Shown: in pieces, positions 62,201-64,000 of the stretch
Layout: every line of letters begins with the position of its first letter
How positions within the stretch are numbered: the first letter of the stretch is position 1
Made by a program: the position numbers and the translations under genes
Assembly: GCF_001194135.2 (NCBI RefSeq)
Contig: NC_069004.1
Coordinates: forward strand, 20,220,599-20,284,598
Direction of reading: 5' to 3'
From: Octopus bimaculoides
Lineage: Eukaryota
Length of the DNA stretch: 64,000 bases
The notes under the pieces: model-generated
Told to the model about the DNA's origin: nothing
What the model saw: the letters and a program-made list of their open reading frames with translations, nothing else
Database searches by the model: none

Positions 62201-63130
62201 CTGTCAATCCAAGGGGCCATTTCATTGTGTGTTTCTTCTTCAGCCTAAATTTTATTCCAAAATTCCTGCACTTCTTTTGATGGGATAGACTTTTCTGTAA
62301 CTGGTATTTTCCCTATCTTGTAAAAATTTTTTGGGTTATTTTTGAACATGTTGTTGTCCTTAAAGAATCTAACGTGCTTTTCATACCTTGCTATGCAGGC
62401 AGCTTTAGCACATACCTTTTGCTATAGTGGTATCAATGTCAAATATGGTTTTCATATATTTTTTCTTTAACTTTCGGGTTTTTGTAGGTTTGATAGTCTT
62501 GTCAAACCTAAGGTATTTTAAACATTCTGTCAAACCTAAGTAGCTTAATTTGGTGTTGACTACACTCTTGCCAAGCAGGCATTTTGTGGGAATGTTATCG
62601 TTTTCTTATCTTTTCACCACATAGAATTGTTGAGATTTTCACGGATGCATAGTACAGATGGTTGAGATCTGTAATATTAACATCATTAGCTGAAATTATA
62701 TCCTTAAGTGTAAGGTGGATTTTATCAATTATTTTCAGGTTTTGGTTAGAATTGCGAATTTTGCATGTGTTCATTCACACTGGTTTCTTTAATTTTCAGA
62801 CATTCAATCATGATTTGATTTTTTTAGATCATGTAGTTCTGTTGGGTCAATATCTGTGTGACATTCTTCATCTATTTGATTTTCATCTGCCTTAGTGTTT
62901 ATGGTGGGTTCAGAGAGTATTTCACTTTGCCTATTAGTTACATTACCTCTTTCAATCATTACCGCATATCTATAATTATTTCCTCTGTAGTATCTTCCTT
63001 AGGTGCAGCTTTGTTCCTTTTATCGCTTACTGCTTGTTTAATTTGGTCAATCTCTACTTCAGTTAGTCATTTTTTTTCATAATGTTTCTTCTGATGTTGG
63101 CAAGTTTGTTACTGTCTATGTAGGGTCTTA
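59232..63130 (-). mobile_element. Dong/R4-clade element (copy A), near full length, pseudogenised, with RT, zinc knuckle and restriction-like endonuclease
   Basis: NYRPITCLTT..EQKGCKHGSYGCKDQL; GIFQDDSL..YIDDLKLF; MHHPKADIERLY; [16 protein letters not shown]; CRVCEVFLHP..HNIHW; LLWNFTIQTDRKIGANRSDII..KLSKYKDL..PIVIGALG. (TAA)n at both ends. Confidence 0.9.
60178..60721. repeat. 233-bp inverted repeat (78-bp spacer) inserted in Dong/R4 copy A; Penelope-pLTR/hammerhead-like motifs
   Basis: Arms 60178-60410 and 60489-60721 differ at about 9 positions by my count, all transitions. Contain CTGAAGA..CGAAA and CTGATGA..CGAAAC boxes. Confidence 0.9.
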
Positions 63131-63161
63131 CTTCAAGGTGTTTCTGTCTGCAGTTTATTAA

Positions 63162-63197
<36 letters not shown>

Positions 63198-63283
63198 CAT
63201 TATTATTATTATTATTACTATTACTATTACTTTTAAGTTGGAGAACTGGCAGGAATGTTAGCATGCCAAGCAAAATGCCTGTT

Positions 63284-63316
<33 letters not shown>

Positions 63317-63509
63317 GCTATTGTTATTATTATTATTATTGCTATTGTTATTATTATTATTAGATAAAGCAATTAAGAGTATGAAGACCGGGAAAGCCCC
63401 CAGCCCATCNNNNNNNNNNNNNNNNNNNNNNNNNNNNNNNNNNNNNNNNNNNNNNNNNNNNNNNNNNNNNNNNNNNNNNNNNNNNNNNNNNNNNNNNNNN
63501 NNNNNNNNN

Positions 63510-64000
63510 TTACGCATGGAAATTAATGACTACATTGAAAACAGAATAGTGAGAAATGAGCGTGGAAATTTTGTGAAACCCAGACTACAAGAGATCGTGA
63601 CTTGGGTGACAAATTCATGGAACAAAATCACAGACAGCTGTGTTGCCAATGCGCTACGAGCAGGCTACCTGGATAAGAACTTCTCAATCCATGAGACCTC
63701 TATTGCTCGACATGAGAGAATAGGAGCGAAAATTCTGCAGGAAATTGAGTTAAGCGAAAACTCTGCTGGAATTTTGGAAACCGATGATTTGCAAGACATT
63801 CCAGAGGATGATGATATGATTGTTTTTGAATAAATTGTTGTTAATGAGTTTCTGAATAAAAAACATGTTAATGGTAAGTAAATGTAGATCGTTTTTTGTA
63901 ATTTCTGTTTATTTAGAAATCTCGTAATTTTTACTTTGTAACTTCATTTTTTGATATATCAAAATAAGACATCCCCCGAAAATAATCCTAGTGTCATATT
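63510..64000 (+). mobile_element. pogo/Tigger transposase C-terminal fragment and subterminal region
   Basis: RNERGNFVKPRLQEIVTWVTNSWNKITDSCVANALRAG with an acidic tail (stop at 63833); AAAATAAGACATCCCCCGAAAATAA subterminal motif at ~63961-63985. Confidence 0.75.

Noticed and set aside
63361-63410. 50-bp RTE snippet nearly identical to 232-280, next to a gap, making the chimeric ORF 63255-63833
   Set aside because: High-copy repeat at a contig end. The fusion to the pogo fragment spans N and is not a real protein.

Overview
AT-rich, gapped (many N runs) eukaryotic draft-assembly window. From recall of its SINE and RTE families it is most likely an octopus/coleoid cephalopod; this cannot be verified here. 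It contains no intact long protein-coding gene. About two thirds is decayed transposable-element sequence. Retrotransposons: RTE LINEs (two families, one BovB-like), CR1/L2-like LINE pieces, an L1/Tx1-like remnant, three Dong/R4-clade (restriction-like endonuclease) elements beside (TAA)n/(CAT)n microsatellites, and tRNA-derived composite SINEs. DNA elements: Helitron helicase, hAT/Buster, mariner, maT, pogo/Tigger, a Chapaev-like transposase and several MITEs. A CpG-retaining domain (~39.6-47.3 kb) ends in a CRE + GTCACGTGA E-box + YY1-like motif cluster next to a strong minus-strand donor. Several minus-strand micro-exon candidates run from there towards 5.4 kb, suggesting an unidentified, intron-dominated host transcript. 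The most unusual structure is a 233-bp, ~96%-identical inverted repeat carrying hammerhead-ribozyme core boxes that replaces part of a Dong/R4 ORF (60178-60721). Other notable items: 52-bp direct repeats bracketing that Dong element, a ~65-bp structured tandem array in RTE 3' UTRs, a perfect 34-bp hairpin near the promoter, and a fold-back SINE pair.
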